Below, piece after piece: positions 55,674 through 56,888 of a stretch of DNA of 56,888 bases (within the stretch, counting starts at the first letter, position 1; each line of letters begins with the position of its first letter). The notes beneath the pieces were generated by a model, which saw only the letters and a program-made list of their open reading frames with translations, made no database searches and was not told the DNA's origin. The translations under genes and the position numbers were made by a program. Source of the DNA: a virus (Duplodnaviria; Caudoviricetes); the IMG/VR virus record IMGVR_UViG_3300023292_000011, positions 1 to 56,888 of that record; one strand, given 5' to 3'.

Positions 55674-55855
55674 GCAGTACAAGATGTAATTTTTGTGGTA
55701 GATTGATTGGTAACAAAGAGCAGATTAAACAGATTCAGATAGCGTATGGAGATAATCAGAAGGTGTGTCAACTATGCTATAAGAAACTTAATAAGTATGC
55801 CAAGAAGATTAATCCAGTAGTGGATAAGATAATTAATAGGGGGATTAAAAAATGA
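55670..55855 (+). CDS. Small zinc-finger protein
   Basis: CNFCG...VCQLC. Confidence 0.6.
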   Translation: MSSTRCNFCGRLIGNKEQIKQIQIAYGDNQKVCQLCYKKLNKYAKKINPVVDKIINRGIKK

Positions 55856-56283
55856 ATAAAGGAATAACCATAACTGAGAGTGATTATGATGATAGAACAC
55901 TTCTTATAAGTGGTAAGATTGATTTTAACTATAATATGAGAGTTGCTAAAAGACTTATTCATGACGCACATTTCAATGTAATAAAAGAATCTCACGAAAG
56001 AATTGTTTGTGAAATAAGTCATCTTATAATTAAAAGAGCAAATGAAGTATCAACTGGTAACAAGATGGATTGTAATAAATATAATGAATTAGTAAAAGAC
56101 TTATTTGATAGATTTATTAATCCTATACTTCCTATATATTGCCATGATAGGGTAACTTGTCCTGTATGTGGATGTGTTATGGATAATAATATTAAAGAGG
56201 GTGATAAGTGGATGCACGATAAAGACTGTGTAGTTAAAAGAACATTAGATGTTCTTGGATTAAGTGAACGGAGATTAAAATGA
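55852..56283 (+). CDS. Hypothetical protein with zinc motif
   Basis: CPVCG...HDKDC. Confidence 0.6.
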   Translation: MNKGITITESDYDDRTLLISGKIDFNYNMRVAKRLIHDAHFNVIKESHERIVCEISHLIIKRANEVSTGNKMDCNKYNELVKDLFDRFINPILPIYCHDRVTCPVCGCVMDNNIKEGDKWMHDKDCVVKRTLDVLGLSERRLK

Positions 56284-56573
56284 ATAATAAAGTAATAAAT
56301 CTATGTGACCCTGCAACTGAGAAAGCAGTATTTGAGGAACGATGCAGACAGATAGCTGCTGATAACTTGAAGAAGGAAATGAAGCTTGCTTGTCATAATA
56401 TGATGTGCCCTTATTTCAAGAAAAGTGCTAAGTGTTACATAGAAAAAGCAATATCTAATTGTACTGAGAAGAAGGATTATGTTGATGATGTAACAGGATG
56501 CTACGGCTATAAGCTTTGGGATAAGCTTGATGATGAAACTAAGAAAGCAATATTTATAGATTTAAAAAAGTGA
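56280..56573 (+). CDS. Cys-containing hypothetical protein
   Basis: GGAG RBS; ATGA overlap. Confidence 0.6.
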   Translation: MNNKVINLCDPATEKAVFEERCRQIAADNLKKEMKLACHNMMCPYFKKSAKCYIEKAISNCTEKKDYVDDVTGCYGYKLWDKLDDETKKAIFIDLKK

Positions 56574-56582
56574 TGGAGTGAT

Positions 56583-56888
56583 ATGAACAATATACGATTG
56601 ATTAATGGAGAATGTTTAGAGGAGATGGATAAACTGATAGCAGAAGGTGTTGTTGTAGACGCTATAATTACAGACCCTCCTTATGGCACAACTGCTTGTA
56701 AGTGGGATTCAGTTATTCCTTTTGGTAAGATGTGGCTTATATTGAATAAATTGATTAAGCCAAATGGGGCTATTGTATTGTTCGGTTCAGAGCCGTTTAG
56801 TAGTGCTTTAAGAATGAGTAATATTAAGAATTATAAATATGATTGGGTATGGCAAAAAAACAAGCCAACAGGTAATTTTATGGCAAAA
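56583..56888 (+). CDS. DNA amino-methyltransferase, 5' part (continues through the join to 645)
   Basis: GGAG RBS; MNNIRLINGECLEEM..VDAIITDPPYG. Confidence 0.9.
   Translation, partial: MNNIRLINGECLEEMDKLIAEGVVVDAIITDPPYGTTACKWDSVIPFGKMWLILNKLIKPNGAIVLFGSEPFSSALRMSNIKNYKYDWVWQKNKPTGNFMAK
56694..56888. repeat. Terminal direct repeat, right copy
   Basis: Matches 1-195 with one mismatch. Confidence 0.95.

Noticed and set aside
1-56888. Stop-codon reassignment, or an integrase/lysogeny module
   Set aside because: Core genes are intact in the standard code and use all three stops; no tyrosine or serine recombinase motifs were seen.

Overview
Apparently complete, circularly permuted genome (~56.7 kb unique) of an AT-rich tailed phage with podovirus-like organisation. 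Bases 1-195 recur at 56694-56888 with one mismatch, and a DNA methyltransferase gene spans the join. Plus strand: packaging and head genes (TerS, TerL with a Gly1 class-3-type mini-intein, portal, scaffold, major capsid); tail and ejection proteins including a 3000-aa multidomain protein; adaptor, fibre and tailspike; lysis genes; a middle region with an RHH repressor, a PD-(D/E)XK/Sak4/DUF669 recombination trio, C5 and MT-A70 methyltransferases, an HTH initiator with an internal ori, a primase-helicase, tRNA-Gln, a ThyX-like protein and many small ORFs. A minus-strand early operon lies at 48.6-52.9 kb, followed by a ~1.2 kb noncoding region and a Tad2/DUF2829 gene. No integrase, DNA/RNA polymerase, reverse transcriptase or CRISPR array was seen. 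The most notable signal is a dense RNA-level control layer: candidate twister and hammerhead self-cleaving ribozymes directly after stop codons in the early operon, two miniature tRNA-like elements in front of ribosome-binding sites, a ~216-nt tRNA-framed RNA with its own promoter, two covarying copies of a loop-pairing leader/attenuator, and an anti-SD small RNA. Four structural-module proteins, including the fibre and tailspike, carry apparent Sec signal peptides. All calls come from manual motif reading; no database searches or folding programs were run.
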